A stretch of DNA of 64,000 bases, taken from Octopus sinensis. Taxonomy: Eukaryota. A program made the position numbers and the translations under genes. The stretch lies in NCBI RefSeq assembly GCF_006345805.1, contig NC_043013.1, positions 10,416,001 through 10,480,000 on the forward strand, read 5' to 3'. The notes below the pieces were generated by a model. It made no database searches, was not told the DNA's origin, and saw only the letters and a program-made list of their open reading frames with translations. Below are positions 11,526 to 25,537 of this stretch, piece by piece (the stretch's first letter is position 1; every line of letters starts with the position of its first letter).

Positions 11526-11924
11526 AATAACCTTTGCATTTGATTTTTTAATGTCTTTACCCCCATACTTTCGTGAGTTGAATTGAGCAAACACTATATG
11601 AGAGAGGTTTTCTTTAAGTATTAGAAATAGTTTTAAAAAAGTTTTTTTAGCTGCTATTTCTAATGAGTTCAGTATGCGGCAAAGTAATTTATTTTACTAA
11701 GCCCTTTTATATAATGTAATAATTTGAATTCGCCTTAAATGGTCCCTTTGCATACTGAATACTTGGTGAAATTGATTAATTAATTAATTTTACCCTCAAT
11801 TGTTGAAATTATATATATATATATATATTCAACAATCTATGTATTTATCTATCTGCCTACCTACCTACCTAATTATATATGTACATTTAAATTACACACA
11901 CACACATATATACATGTGTGTGTG

Positions 11925-11977
<53 letters not shown>

Positions 11978-11991
11978 AACACAAATACATA

Positions 11992-12041
<50 letters not shown>

Positions 12042-12082
12042 ATAATATGTATATAAATATATATATATATATGTATATAAAT

Positions 12083-12125
<43 letters not shown>

Positions 12126-12189
12126 ATTATTTGAGGGAATATTATGAGAGGTTTTTTTCTTATGAGTGAGAAAGTATACCTGAAATTAT

Positions 12190-12810
12190 CGTTCTGAGTT
12201 CAAATTCCGCCGAGGCCGACTATGCCTTTCGTTCGTTTTGGGTCGATAATATAAGTACCAATTAAACACTGGGGTCAATGTAATCGACTAGCCCCCTCAC
12301 CCCAAACTTCAGGACTTCTCATTATAGTAGAAAGGATTATGACAATTGTTAATAATATTCGGGTCGGCGAGCTGGCTGAATCGTTAGCACGCCGGGAAAA
12401 ATGCTTAGCAGCATTTCGTCCGTCCTTACGTTAACGGGTTCAAATCCCACCAAGGTCATCTTTGCCTTTCTTCCTTTCGGGGTCGATAAAATAAACATGA
12501 ATTACGAATTGGGATCGATGTAATCAACCATCTTCCTTCCACCAAATTTCAGGCCTTCTGCGTATGGTTGAAAGGATCATTATGCATTAATATTCGAGGC
12601 GGTGAACTGGCGGAATCATTATCGTGCCGGACAAAACGCTTAGCGGCATTTCTTCCGGCTTTACGCTCTAAATTTCAAATTCCATAAAGGTCTACTTTGG
12701 CTTTCAGCTATCGGAGCCGATAAAAATATAGTACTTATAAAGCACTGGGGACGCTGAATTCGACTAACGCCTTTCCCATAAGATAGGCTTTGTGCCTATA
12801 GCAGAAATAC
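12190..12810 (+). mobile_element. Three tandem degenerate SINE B copies
   Basis: GTTCAAAT...CGATAA...AGTAC...GGGTC module repeated at about 12200, 12440 and 12680. Confidence 0.8.
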
Positions 12811-12811
12811 G

Positions 12812-13238
12812 GGATCTTTTCGGTTTCTATGGCAATTTTTAGCATCATTTCTAGGTAACTAAAAAATTTTAAACTTCGTATACTGGTAGAATGTGTTTAT
12901 AAAACATCTTTTTCTCCTGGCTTTATTGAGAAAATTCTATAGTTTGTAAGATAGTTGTTGTTTTTTTCTTCAATTTCTGCAATTTCAACCAATCAGTTAC
13001 GTCTACTGAGGTAAAAAGCATTCTGTGCCGTATGAATATGTCCCTCTTTTAAGAATCAGATTGGGTTTATTTACATTTGTGAAGAAAAAAAGATACCCTT
13101 CCCCCACCTCTAACCCTAATTAACCCTAACCCTAAAACAGACAGAAATGCAATAGATCGATACTAGGGTCATAATTATGGGTGACAATTTCATATGACAC
13201 CGCTAGAAAAAAAACTGCTGTTCAAACCGAAAAGATCC
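12812..13238. mobile_element. MITE with about 30-bp imperfect TIRs and an internal telomere-like CTAACC motif
   Basis: GGATCTTTTCGGTTT ... AAACCGAAAAGATCC; CTAACCCTAATTAACCCTAACCCTAA near 13110. Confidence 0.7.
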
Positions 13239-13907
13239 GAAAAACGTATTGCTACTGTTGACTTTAATCGTAAGTCGACTGCTGATCGATCAGAGCTAAC
13301 CTGGAGCTAAATATCAACATCGAGAGCAAACATAACGGCAACGGTAACAATAGCCACGACGCAGTCTCATTTGCCAATGAGCAACGACAACACACCTGTC
13401 TTGTCTAATGGAAACTAACGACCCTATCTCCCTATCTATAAACAATTACCTGCCCGCACCACCAACCAGAAAATCTCTGCTCTCTTGCCTTTTGTCTCCT
13501 TCCCTTTCTCTTATCTTACTCTAGCCCTGTGTACACGTCATTGCATTATGTAGGCACACGTGACTGCTATACAATTTTAGCCCCTTCCTCCTATTTTTGT
13601 CAGTCAGTCAGTCAATCAGCGCAAGGATTGGCTGGTTTTCTTTGTGAGCTTCAAACCGGGTAAAACTGGATTTAAGAAATAAATATACGAAGGAGCGATT
13701 CATATAGAAGCTTTAGAACAACCAATCAGGATACCTCTAAGACTGCACACCATCAAACAATGAAGTACGTGTGAAGTCCCTACCTGGTTGATCAACATGC
13801 TAGAAATAGCAGTCAGATTGCTTTTATTCCAACTCGCACAACGTTGTTTTTTGCAAAACGCATTTGATAACGGAATTCTTTACGCTTTTATAAATAAATT
13901 CAAGATA

Positions 13908-14316
13908 GGCGCAGGAGTGGTTGTGTGGTAAGTAGCTTGCTAACCAACCACATGTTTCCGGGTTCAGTCCCACTGCGTGGCATCTTGGGCAAGTGTCTTC
14001 TGCTATAGCCCCGGGCCGACCAATGCCTTGTGAGTGGATTTGGTAGATGGAAACTGAAAGAAGCCTGTCGTATATATGTATATGTATATGTGTGTGTGTG
14101 TGTGTGTTTGTGTGTCTGTGTTTGTCCCCCTAGCATTGCTTGACAACCGATGCTGGTGTGTTTACGTCCCCGTCACTTCGCGGTTCGGCAAAAGAGACCG
14201 ATAAAATAAGTACTGGGCTTACAAAGAATAAGTCCCGGGGTCGATTTGATCGACTAAAGGCGGTGCTCCAGCATGGCCGCAGTCAAATGACTGAAACAAG
14301 TAAAAGAGTAAAGAGA
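13908..14316 (+). mobile_element. SINE family A, near consensus
   Basis: GGCGCAGGAGTGGTTGTGTGGTAAG...GGGTTCAGTCCCACTGCG...GACTGAAACAAGTAAAAGAGTAAAGAG. Confidence 0.92.
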
Positions 14317-14787
14317 TATTTAGAGAGGGATTATATTTCATCTACGACTGACCTGGGGTAAACAACAATTAACTCCTTACCAATCAATCACTCGACAGAA
14401 AGGCCGCGTGGTTATTTAATCTCCTAGAAATAACAGCTAAGACCTTCTCCATCAAACGACAACAAATAATTTTATTCCTTTTTTTAATTCTTCTATCATT
14501 CAGCATATGGTTCAGAAGCTTAGAGTGAAACCACGTGGTATGGGTTTTCTGTCCCACTGCGTGGCACCTTGGGCAGGTGTCTTCTACTATAGCCAGCGAT
14601 GAGCTGACCAAACAAAGCCTTGTGAGTGGATTTGGTAGACGGAAGCTGAAAGGTTCCCATCGAATATGTGTGTGTGTATATGTGTGTGTAAGTACATATA
14701 TATTTAAATGTGTTTCTCCCGGTCTCTAACAACTAGCTGAGAATTGGTGTTGGTTTGTTTCCATCCGTGTAGCAAAAAGGGATCCAT

Positions 14788-15150
14788 GGAGAGCAGCGAA
14801 CTTGCAGAATCGTTACCACGCCGGGCGAAATGCTTAGCGGTATTTCGTCTGCTGCTACGCTCTGAGTTCAAATTCCGTCGAGGTCGACTTTGCCTTTCAT
14901 CCTTTCAGGGTCGATTAAATAAATACCAGTTATGCACTGGAGTCGATATAATCGACTTAATCCGTTTGTCTGTTCTTGTTTGTCCCCTCTGTGTGTAGCC
15001 CCTTGTGGGCAGTAAAGAAATAAGAATCGTTAGCGTGCTGGAAGTATTGCTTAGCGGTATTTCGCCCACCGCTACATTCTGAGCAAAAAATTTCGCAGTG
15101 GTCGACTTTGCCTTTTATCCTTTTGGAGTCGATAAAAAAAAAAGGGGACC
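14788..15150 (+). mobile_element. Two head-to-tail SINE B copies
   Basis: Tail GGGCAGTAAAGAAATA runs directly into AGAATCGTTAGC of the second copy. Confidence 0.85.
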
Positions 15151-15332
15151 CATGGAATAATACCAGGCTTACAAAAAGAGAGGAAAAAAAATCCTTCAAG
15201 CCAGTGTTGCAGCATGGCCAGTTTTATGACTGAAACACGTTATAGACGAAAGCTAAAAGCAACACACTTAAATCAGAATTATTAATTTAGGGCTACAATA
15301 ACGACAACAATAGCAGCATTAACACCTACTCC

Positions 15333-15432
15333 NNNNNNNNNNNNNNNNNNNNNNNNNNNNNNNNNNNNNNNNNNNNNNNNNNNNNNNNNNNNNNNNNNNN
15401 NNNNNNNNNNNNNNNNNNNNNNNNNNNNNNNN
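15333..15432. other. Assembly gap (100 N)
   Basis: Run of N. Confidence 1.
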
Positions 15433-15967
15433 TGAATGGGAGAGCGACTGGCAGAAATATTAGAGGGGGAAGAGTCAGAAACACAGAGCTAGTGAGAGTG
15501 TATATATGTGTGTCTATCTGAATACCATAAGGAAGTGTGATGGTCAAGTAATTTTTGCATATCAGATCAGATTTTCCGTTTTGTTCTGATGTTTTCGCCT
15601 CGTTGCCAGTCGTCTATCTCTTCCTCTCCTTCCACCTTCCTCCTCTCTATCTTTATTCACCTAACAAATATTGATTTCCACTTCCACCTCCTACTTCTAA
15701 TTTACCTCTACTTCTTTCTCTTCCATCCCTTGAGACAATAGTTGTCCACCCATAGTTAAATTATTTGATAGTCTACGCAACGTTATTAAAGCTGTTACGT
15801 TATATATCTATCCATATATACAAATATATATATATTTTGTAGATATGTATATATATGTACATATATATGTTTATATATATAATAATAATAAATATTAGGG
15901 AATAAATCCAAATTTACAGGGAAAAAATCAGATTTAGGATTAAATCGATTTTATAGTAAAATATTAT

Positions 15968-16273
15968 AAAATATTATTCGAGACAAAACCACTATTTTGC
16001 AAAACAAACAAGGAAAGACTTAATCAATACATAAAATTTTAATAAATAGTCAAAAAAACCGCCACTACAATCTTCAGGTGGACTTCCAATAATTCAGTGT
16101 CAAACTTCATAATTGACACTGAATTATTGGAAGTCCACCTGAAGATGTGTCGATCAAGACAAGAAACGATTGTAGTGGCGGCTTTTTTTTTGACTATTTA
16201 TTTAAAAATTTTATGTATTGATTAAGTCTTTCCTTGTTTTGCAAAATAGTGGTTTTGTCTCGAATAATATTTT
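15968..16273. mobile_element. Fold-back element in (TA)n, 9-bp spacer, HHR in the right arm
   Basis: Arms 15968-16103 and 16113-16273 are reverse complements except for a gap of about 24 nt in the left arm. Confidence 0.88.
16135..16178 (+). ncRNA. Minimal type I HHR, predicted cleavage after GUA at 16174
   Basis: CCAC-CUGAAGA-UGUGUC(GAUCAA)GACAA-GAAA-CGAUUGU-A-GUGG. Confidence 0.75.
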
Positions 16274-16350
16274 ATGTTTAATTATATTATTATATATATA
16301 CAGGCATATGTATATATGTATATATATATACATATATATATATTACACTT

Positions 16351-16757
16351 ACTCTTTACTCTTTTACTTGTTTTAGTCATTTGACTGCGGCCATGCTGGA
16401 GCACCGCCTTTAGTCGAGCAAATCGACCCCGGGACTTATTCTTTGTAAGTCCAGTACTTATTCTATCGGTCTCTTTTGCCGAACCGCTAGTTGACGGAGA
16501 CATAAGCACACCAGCATCGGTTGTCAAGCAATGCTAGGGGGACAAACACAGACACAACACACACACACACACACATATACATATATATACACATATACGA
16601 CAGGCTTCTTTCAGTTTCCGTCTACCAAATCCACTCACAAGGCATTGGTCGGCCGGGGCTATAGAAGAAGACACTTGCCCAAGATGCCACGCAGTGGGAC
16701 TGAACCGGAACCATGTGGTGGTTAGCAAGCTACTTACCACACAGCCACTCCTGCGCC
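16351..16757 (-). mobile_element. SINE family A, near consensus
   Basis: Highly similar to the reverse complement of 13908-14316; ORF 16282..16527 mirrors ORF 14140..14361. Confidence 0.92.
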
Positions 16758-16785
16758 TTATATATATATATATATATACATATCA

Positions 16786-16842
<57 letters not shown>

Positions 16843-19240
16843 ACACCACACACACATATATATATATATGTATATATACATACATCATATACACACAGAC
16901 ATAAGCACACAGTCACACGCAACTATTCCCCGACCTCAAAATGCTTTATGTTTTCCCTGTATAGTTTCTGCGGTTGAAATGAGAAACTATGCATCTTGCA
17001 CTTTTTTCTGCTACTGCTATTTATAATTTTGTGCTGTTCTGCTAAGTAGTTCCAATTTGCAGCAACATAAATAGAGGGATTGAATAGTCTACATTTCGGT
17101 TATAAGGCACCAGCTTACTCTATCTTCCTACATCTTTAACAAACGTCATCATCACGCCATTCTTCAATGATAAAGACCAGTGTTGCATCTTTTACCAAAC
17201 TCTTTTGCTATTCTAATGAAATTCACTGTTTGAGATATTTTTTTTTCGAAAGAAGCAAGTTGTTTAGAGAACTGATGATTTATATATATAGTCTTGCATA
17301 TCGGATATTGAACAATCATAAGCAAACTTGCATGGTTTTATACTAATGAATCTGTTCTCGAAAATTGGGTGATTGAGTATTTGGTATCATAACACGTCAC
17401 CCTGGCAAAGTGGTCATTCCAGCATATAAAATAACATAAAATATGTCCGTAACCCAAATTCTCTTGAAATATTTTTATCTTAAGTGTAAATGATTTACGC
17501 CAAGTTTTCTTTTTTCTTGCTTTGAAGTAAATCTTTTTAAGATTAATTATATTTCGTAAAACTGAATTTTTTTCAGGTTTCAAGGATGAGCGAATCTTTT
17601 TGAAACCAGTTGTTGAATTCTTTAATTCGGTGACTTAAGAAAATATTATATCTAATTTTTACTTTATATATTTTATCATAATTCTGAATTCATATGCTAC
17701 GCATAAAATGGAGCAAGAGCTCTGGGGTAAAACAAAGAGTGTTTTTTTTTTTGTTTTGGAATTCATTGCTCTGGTGAAAAGATGATTTTTGGAAAGGTCA
17801 TGTGAGTATGTGATATGGAGAATACTGCGAGAGAAACATGGATTTGTCAATTCTACCCTGTTTCATTAAGATTTGCCATAGAGGCTTTACAAAGAGTAGC
17901 TTGCGGTCTGGACACACACATTGTTGAGGTGAATGATGAAACAAAGATGATATTGATGACAGAAGACAAAAAACGCCCGCCGGTTTTCAGCTTCTCTAAA
18001 ACATTCTTCTTTTTTTTCCAACAGAAAGAACAAAACGAGATATTGAACATCTCATGACAGTTTTTACAATTATTGGACTTAATAGTCCATTACAAATAAT
18101 AACATGGAATTACATACAATAAAATATTCAAAAATACAATCAACACTGGGCCATTTACAAATGAGACGCTGAGCCTCTTACACTTTATAAGACTGAGGCT
18201 TTTCAACCTTTTGTCAACCATGAAAGATTCTCCTTGAGAATCTTTGATTATTATGGAAGACAGTGTCAACGGAAACCGCTTTTGGAAAGCGCTTCAATAG
18301 AAATTGCATATTTATAGGTCTAATGGGAATGCGGGCAATGAAAGCATCCCTTTTGGCACAATCACTAATAGTTGCATACCAGTGGGTGCTCTAAAGGTCC
18401 TAGACTTGGGGAAAACAAATACGGAAGATCAGTTAATTTTGATTTTATTCAACACATTCCCTTCTCAGATTCACACACTTATTGCAGTGCCCTTTCAGCT
18501 TTGTTAAGCCCTGTGAAAGCCAGGAACTTTTCATCATCCCTCTTTCTGGACATAAGCTACAAAGAAAGATTTTTACGTTACATAGAGGTGATATGGTCAA
18601 ATTTTGCAGCAACGTAATAGATGCAAACTCTTTCAGTTACATATTGTAAAGATAACCAACAGCGAGCTATTATAATTGAGAAACTCAGTCGGATAGTTGT
18701 CAGCAGCGTTAACGTCAACTAAAGTGTGAAATGTTTTGTACCATTAAGGATTGAGCTGTCACAGGCTGAATGATGGTGTCATTGATATATCCTGCTCAAT
18801 GACATTTTGGGGAGTTAGAACGGCACATTTGAAAAACCACTCGTGATTTCTTTAGATCTGTGAGAGTTTACGCTATGCATTCAAAAACAGTATGTACAAA
18901 CAGAAACTGTAAGAATTGCTGTCCCAACGTTGCAACACTTAAGGGATTATTTAGATTACCAGCTATGGTATTCGACAAATGTTTTTCCTTGAGTGCTTCT
19001 CAGTTCAGGAGGATACCGGATTCTTCAGATTATCTCCATTGCAAATTCAGTGTTGGTTTCCATTACCTACAAGCATAGTAAAATGTTAACCTTGTCTCAA
19101 TGAGAAGATAACGTCAACAAATTAAATGTATTAACGTTTCTAATTTCATGATCCATTTTGAGTTGTTTTAGCACATTTTCAAATACAGACATCCATACAT
19201 GCATATACACGCGCACGCACGCACGCACACACACACACAT

Positions 19241-19304
<64 letters not shown>

Positions 19305-19369
19305 ACATACACACATATGTATCGAAACATTTGTAGTGATTAATAAAAAGCTGTCCAATATAAGGCTGG

Positions 19370-19545
19370 AAACTTTGGGATAGAGGGATAATCGATTACA
19401 TCCATCGCAGTGCTCAACTTGTACTTACTTTATCGACCCCGAAAGGAGGAAAGGCAAAGTCAATCTCGGCGGAATTTGAAGTTAGAACGAAGCGAAGTTA
19501 GACGAAATACCGCTAAGCATACGATTCTGCCAGCTCACCACCTTA
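19370..19545 (-). mobile_element. SINE family B
   Basis: CTTTATCGACCCCGAAAGGAGGAAAGGCAAAGTC...GCCAGCTCACCACC. Confidence 0.8.
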
Positions 19546-20468
19546 TCTATATATATATAATCACACATGCACATGTGTGTCCGTGAGTGTGTGTGTGTGT
19601 GTATCAGCGCAAGAGAGAGAGGGAGAGAGAGAGAGAGATTAAAGGATTAAAAAAAAGAATCGAAGCAACAACCTGGGTATGTTTCAGTGTGCATCAATAA
19701 CATGCATATTCGAATCTTCCTCAATTGCTGCTTTCAAATCACCACTATTTCGTTTCATCAATCACATTTTAACACCAGGGAACATTGAAATCGGATTACT
19801 TTGATCCTGCATTATCCTGAATTGCTCATGATCCTCTCTACAATATTGGTTAGATATACTAAGGAATGGAGGTTTGTTTCAAGACTCATAAACATCATAT
19901 CTATATCAAAATCCCCTTTTCTACATCGAAAGATTGGCTAAATTGCAGAAATCCACTTACATTATATAACAAGGAACACAAAAAACTTTATTAATGCTTT
20001 ATATATATATATATAAAGAGTATGATTAAGTTATAGAACGAAGTTCTACAAATCTATTCATATTTGTCAAAAATGGAGATGAGATGTTAAACGCAGTAAG
20101 AAGTTTAATGCTGCATACGATCGTTTCGAACGTAGATATAAATTCATTTTCAGAATGCGTAAATATCAAAGCACTCATAACTGCAGTGAAAATTAAAACT
20201 TAAAAGAGTATTTGGACCAATGATTTTCACGTCTATTTGTTCCTATCACTGTGTAGTAATAATGGAATAATAGGAGTCCTGTCACTTATTGAACCACAAT
20301 TCACATACACACACAAACAAACATAAATATATGTATATCTATCTATCTATCTATATATATATATAATATAGTCAAATAGGATAATTGAACCTTAAAAAGT
20401 AACAGTAACAAACAACAACAGGGCGTGCACATGGGATATAATAGTTTGAGGCTCTGGAATAAGATAGT

Positions 20469-20502
20469 TTTTAACGTTTCGAGCATAATTCATCGTCGGA
20501 AA
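20469..20502 (-). ncRNA. Degenerate HHR motif (same family as 5139)
   Basis: Minus strand CCGACGAUGAAUUAUGCUCGAAACGUUAA versus CUGACGAAGAGCUCCGCUCGAAACGUUAA. Confidence 0.45.
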
Positions 20503-20678
20503 GGAAAAAAGGGAAAAGGGAAACGTCTAAAGATTTTTTTTTAAATCTCCAACATTTGTGTACTTATATTGCTATATCTATATACACACATGAGATTGTG
20601 AATCTTTGACTCTCAGTCCGTCTGTCTTTCTATGTCTTTTTACCTCTCTCTGACTCTTTGACTCTCTCTTTCTCGTTT

Positions 20679-20717
<39 letters not shown>

Positions 20718-21369
20718 TAGTCTTACGCACACGCATCAACGCATTTATGTATATACACACACATAGGCACAAACTTACTCACACATACACACATCTAAAC
20801 CCAAACACACACAAGCACATCGGAAGACGAATGGTGGAATAGATGTCCCGAACAACTTCGTGTTTCAATCCGATCCTGCCTCTTTATACTGAAGTCGATA
20901 TCACCTTTCCTCTCTTTCTAGATTGATAGAATATATTCCATGCATGACCATCGCTATCAATGTTTTAAGGGCATGCACCAGCATGACCGAGAGATAATGG
21001 GCAAAACCTTTAAAAGAATAAAATAACCTGAAATTGCATTAACATAAGTAATGGGTATTAGTTTATTTTCAAGTCTTTAAATTTACAACCTGAAGTTTTT
21101 GAACGAAAGTGTTCATCTAAGTGTCTTGAAGCAAATGATACTTTCAGGGAGCAATTGAGTGAAACCATAAAGCTATTGGATCTCTTTAGGGCTGAAGATA
21201 TCCTGATGCCCGATGATTTAATAATCATGCACTGGCAGTTTGAAATAAATGGGTTCAGAAATACGATATTGTTTCTTTTTTCTTTTGTTTGTTTCGTCCT
21301 TTCTTAGATTTTTTTCTGTGGGTTTTGGTAAAGATAGTTTATGCAGTTAATTATTACAACTTTCCAAGG

Positions 21370-22220
21370 GGACAAGCTGACAAAATCGTTACCGCGTAGA
21401 GCAAAATGTTTAGCAGTATTTCGTCCGGTATCTATTCCTGGTCAATAAAATAAGTACCAGTTGAGCACTGGGGTCGATGTAATCGACTCACGCCTGAAAT
21501 TGCTAGCCGTGTGCCCAAATTTGAAACTAATTATTATTACCTCGGTTCTTATTTAATCAAAATTTTAGCATAAGTCCAGCAGTTTTGGGGAAGGGAGTGC
21601 GTTGCTTACATCGACTGCAATATTCAACAGGTACATATTTTCTCGACCCTCAAAAGATGAAGGGCAAAAACGACCTCGGTGGAATTTGAACTCACAACGT
21701 AAAAGCAGACAAAATTGCGCTATGCATTTTGTCAAGCTTTTTAAGAGCTCGTCGTCTTAAACGTCTGTTATTAATGATACTATTTATTATTAATATTATT
21801 AGAGTGGCGGGCTTTCAGAACCGGACAAAATGCTTAATGGAATTTTTTCCAGCTCTGCATAATGAGTTCAAATTCCACCATGTTCGACTTTGAGGTTCAT
21901 CGTTCGGGATCGATAGATTAAGAGCCAGTGCAACATTAGGGTTCATGTAATAGACTAGTCACCTTCCGCAAAATGTTCATGCTTGTGGCTTTAGCAGAAA
22001 GGAATATTTTTACGACTACCATCATCATTGTTATTATTAACAGGCGGGCAGGCAGAATCATTAGCACAGAAGAAATGTCTAGCGGCATTTCTTACCGTTT
22101 TCCGCCTTAAGTTCAAATTGACTTTCATTCTTTCGGGGTCGATAAAATAATTACCAGCCAGTAGTTGAGGGTGCAATGAAAATGAAGCAACCGCCTCCCC
22201 AAACATTTCGGGTATTCTTC
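21370..22220. mobile_element. Cluster of four degenerate SINE B copies (+,-,+,+)
   Basis: Central module recurs at about 21450 (+), 21600 (-), 21900 (+) and 22130 (+). Confidence 0.75.
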
Positions 22221-23455
22221 CAAAATTAAAAAGAACCATTTTCTTTTTGTTTTGTTGCGTCGTCGTCATCGTCGTCGTCGTCGTCGTAGTAGTAGTAGTA
22301 GTAGCAGCAGCAGCAGCGGCGGCAGTAGTAGTAGTAGTAGTAGTAGTAGACGCTTTATTTCATGTTGCTTTCGTCTGCTCAGCCGGTGAAAATGTTTTGT
22401 ACCTGTAATTCAAAGGCCTAGCCATGTCACATACTGTGTCATGCTGAATTTCCCTGAGAACTACGTTATGGTTAAACGTGTCTGTGGATTACTCAGCCAT
22501 TTGCACGTTTATTTCAGGAAGCAGGCTGTTCCGTTGACTGGATCAACTAGAACCCTCGTCGTCTTAAACGACGAAGTGCCATTTTGTTTTTTGCAGTCTT
22601 TTTTTTTTCCTGTTTGTTTTTTTTTTCTTTTCAGTATATACATTTCTATGCGGTAATAAATAATACAGAAACTTCACCGTTTTTCTAAAGCGTTTAATAG
22701 AATCAAACAATATTTACACGATGCTTCTAAATTGTGGTGTCAACAAATCAGTATATATTTTTTTTCTTATTCGCTCGTCTAAGAATCAGCCAAGCAGAAT
22801 TGATGGAGATCACACATCTGTTATGCAGGCCAAAGATATAGTTTGGAAAAAAAGGCGAAAGAAAAAAAACCCAAAAGAAAAGATAATATATTAAGTTATT
22901 CTTCCTTGTAATACACTTTCTCATCACAAATACAACGACGTCGTATTATAGCATGTGATATTACACCGTAGCACACGTGATCCCTTTGGCTCAATGGAAT
23001 ACACTGCGAATTAATAACTCCATTCCGATGGGCGTTGTATTCCTTTGAGGAATATGCTTTCTTCGCACCACATATTAATTTTAGGTCAAATCTGACCGAC
23101 CTGTAAACTGGAAACCCAGAAAGATATTAAACCAATTAACATTTTTGGCAAAACTCCATAAAGTGAAATTAAAATATAGTACCAACTTTTGGTTATGTTG
23201 CCTTAATGTTTGAATATTCCTAGCTTTTACTTATAGTCGTTACTCCTATTGCAGGCCTCATGATTTTAGTTGTTATTGTTGTCGCTACTCTCCCAGATGT
23301 TGGTGGGCTTCTCACGGTTGTGATTTCAATTAATATCGTTTAGAATCCAATACACAGTGGGCTGAGTAGTTCGAATCAGAAAAATGAATGAGACACACAA
23401 AACGTTTTAAAGATAGCAAGTTTTAAAATGTGTATTGCTGTTGTTGTTGTTGTTG

Positions 23456-23528
<73 letters not shown>

Positions 23529-24140
23529 CATTGATATATGTGTTCAAATTCCGCCGAGTTCGAGTTTGCCTTTTATCCATTCAGTGTCAATAAAATAACG
23601 TTTGAACATTGGTGTCGATGTAATCAACTCGTCCCCACCTCCCTCAAGCTGACCTTGTGGTAAAAAAATTGAAATAATATTAATTATTATTGTATAACTA
23701 GCAAAGCAAAAATCACTTACCACAAGGAGCATTTATAATTACTTTCCTTAGACTGACGCCTTCTGCCATTTCTTTAAAGTGTAACAAACTTCCGATTACT
23801 CTTTCAGTCATTAAATATTACTCTTTAATCATTGTAAAGCATATTCTAATTTAAGGTAATACTGGAAACTCTAAGTATCATTAGTTGCAATAGAAAGTTT
23901 AAATCGCACATAAGCGGGATTAAGTCAGAAAAGATAAAAACTAGCAAAGATTTTGTTTTAAATGTTGAAATTTCTACGGGAGTTGAATGAAATGTTTAAC
24001 TAAAAGCTTAGCTGGTCTTTCTGGAACATTGTTGCACACCATTTCACATAGAGCAGACATTATGACTTCTTCTTTGTAAGGGGGAGCAAGTGCAGAGTTG
24101 TTAGAACGTCGAGCTAAGTGCTGAGCGAGATTTACTTCTA

Positions 24141-25301
24141 TCAGGCTGAGTAAAAAGTATGCAACTTTCTGAAACATGAAATTCATCATATTACATTTCA
24201 GCAATAAGATTTTCTTCATCAACTTAAGTACCATTACAATCGACGCATTTTTCCTAATGAGTTATAAGTTTGTTTATTCCGATAAAATAAAAATTCGGAG
24301 TTCTGGAGCTGATGCACTCTCTGAACGCACTTTCAGCTGTGGTTTGATATTTGAACTCCTTCTCACGTAGAAAACCATGAAGGTGCTTGAAAAAGTGGTA
24401 GTCGATAGGAGAAAGGTCTGGGGAATAAGCTGGGTGGGGAAGAACTTCGTGGCCAAATTCACTCAACTTATGGAGCGTCGTTAGGGAAACGTGTGGTCGA
24501 ACATTGTCATGAAGAGTGATTGACCTTCTGTTGACTAGTCAAAGACGGAGAAATAGCAGTTTTTCGATCATTTTGGCAATTTCATGACAATATGTTTCTG
24601 CAGTAATGCTTTTCCCGGGTTTTAAGAAGTTATAGTGAATGAGTCCAGCAGTACACCACCAAACAGTCAACATAACCTCCTTTTTGAAGATCTCAAGTTT
24701 AGGGAAGGTTTTCGGTGCTTCATTTTGGTACCCCCACTGCGAAGAACGTTTTTCTTTATTATTGAACAGAATCCACTTTCCATCGCAAGTTACAATACGG
24801 TCGAGAAATGGATATCTGTTTACGGAGAAGAAGCGACGAGCAAATTTCATATCTGCACATTTTCGGATTTTCATTCAAATCGTATGGTACCTATTTGTCG
24901 AGCTGTTTTGATTTTCCGATCGCATGCAAATGGTTGCAGGCAGTTTTCTGGCTAACTTGAAATTCTTTTGCTAGTTCTCGATTGGTTTCACGTGGATCTT
25001 TCTCAACTCAATGACAGTCCTTTAATTGACCGTCACCGTTGACCGATCGGCATCCACTACACTCACAAACTTCAAGACTCAGGTCTCCACCGCGATCTTC
25101 AGGGCTCAGGTCTCTACTGCTTTGACAGTTCCATTTCAGATGTTTATAACAACGGTTATATATCATCAATGTTAATTTATTGACGCATTTGGGCAAGTCT
25201 ATGTCTGTATTATCTGACAATCGCAAAAAATGTTTTTAAAAATTTTAAACTCTGCAAATTTTTCATGGTTCAAAACGTTGCTTACGTTTTACTCAACCTG
25301 A
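24141..25301 (-). mobile_element. Mariner DD34D-type transposon relic with both TIRs and TA target duplication
   Basis: TA|TCAGGCTGAGTAAAAAGTATGCAAC ... GTTGCTTACGTTTTACTCAACCTGA|TA; coding remnants LDRIVTCDGKWI, VMLTVWW, HPAYSPDLSPIDYHFF; stops and frameshifts. Confidence 0.92.
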
Positions 25302-25435
25302 TATTTTCGTTCTGAGTTCAAATATTGTAAATTTCACTGTACAAGAAATTATGCGCACACGTTTGCATTAATATTTATATTACGCTACTTTGTATTTGAT
25401 AACTGTATAAATATACACACATACATACAGTCAAC

Positions 25436-25537
<102 letters not shown>

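Noticed and set aside
15333-15432. ORF 15326..15547 across N run
   Set aside because: Artefact of the assembly gap
19690-19960. Faint RT-like phrase (NIVERIM) on the minus strand
   Set aside because: Too degenerate to call without a profile search
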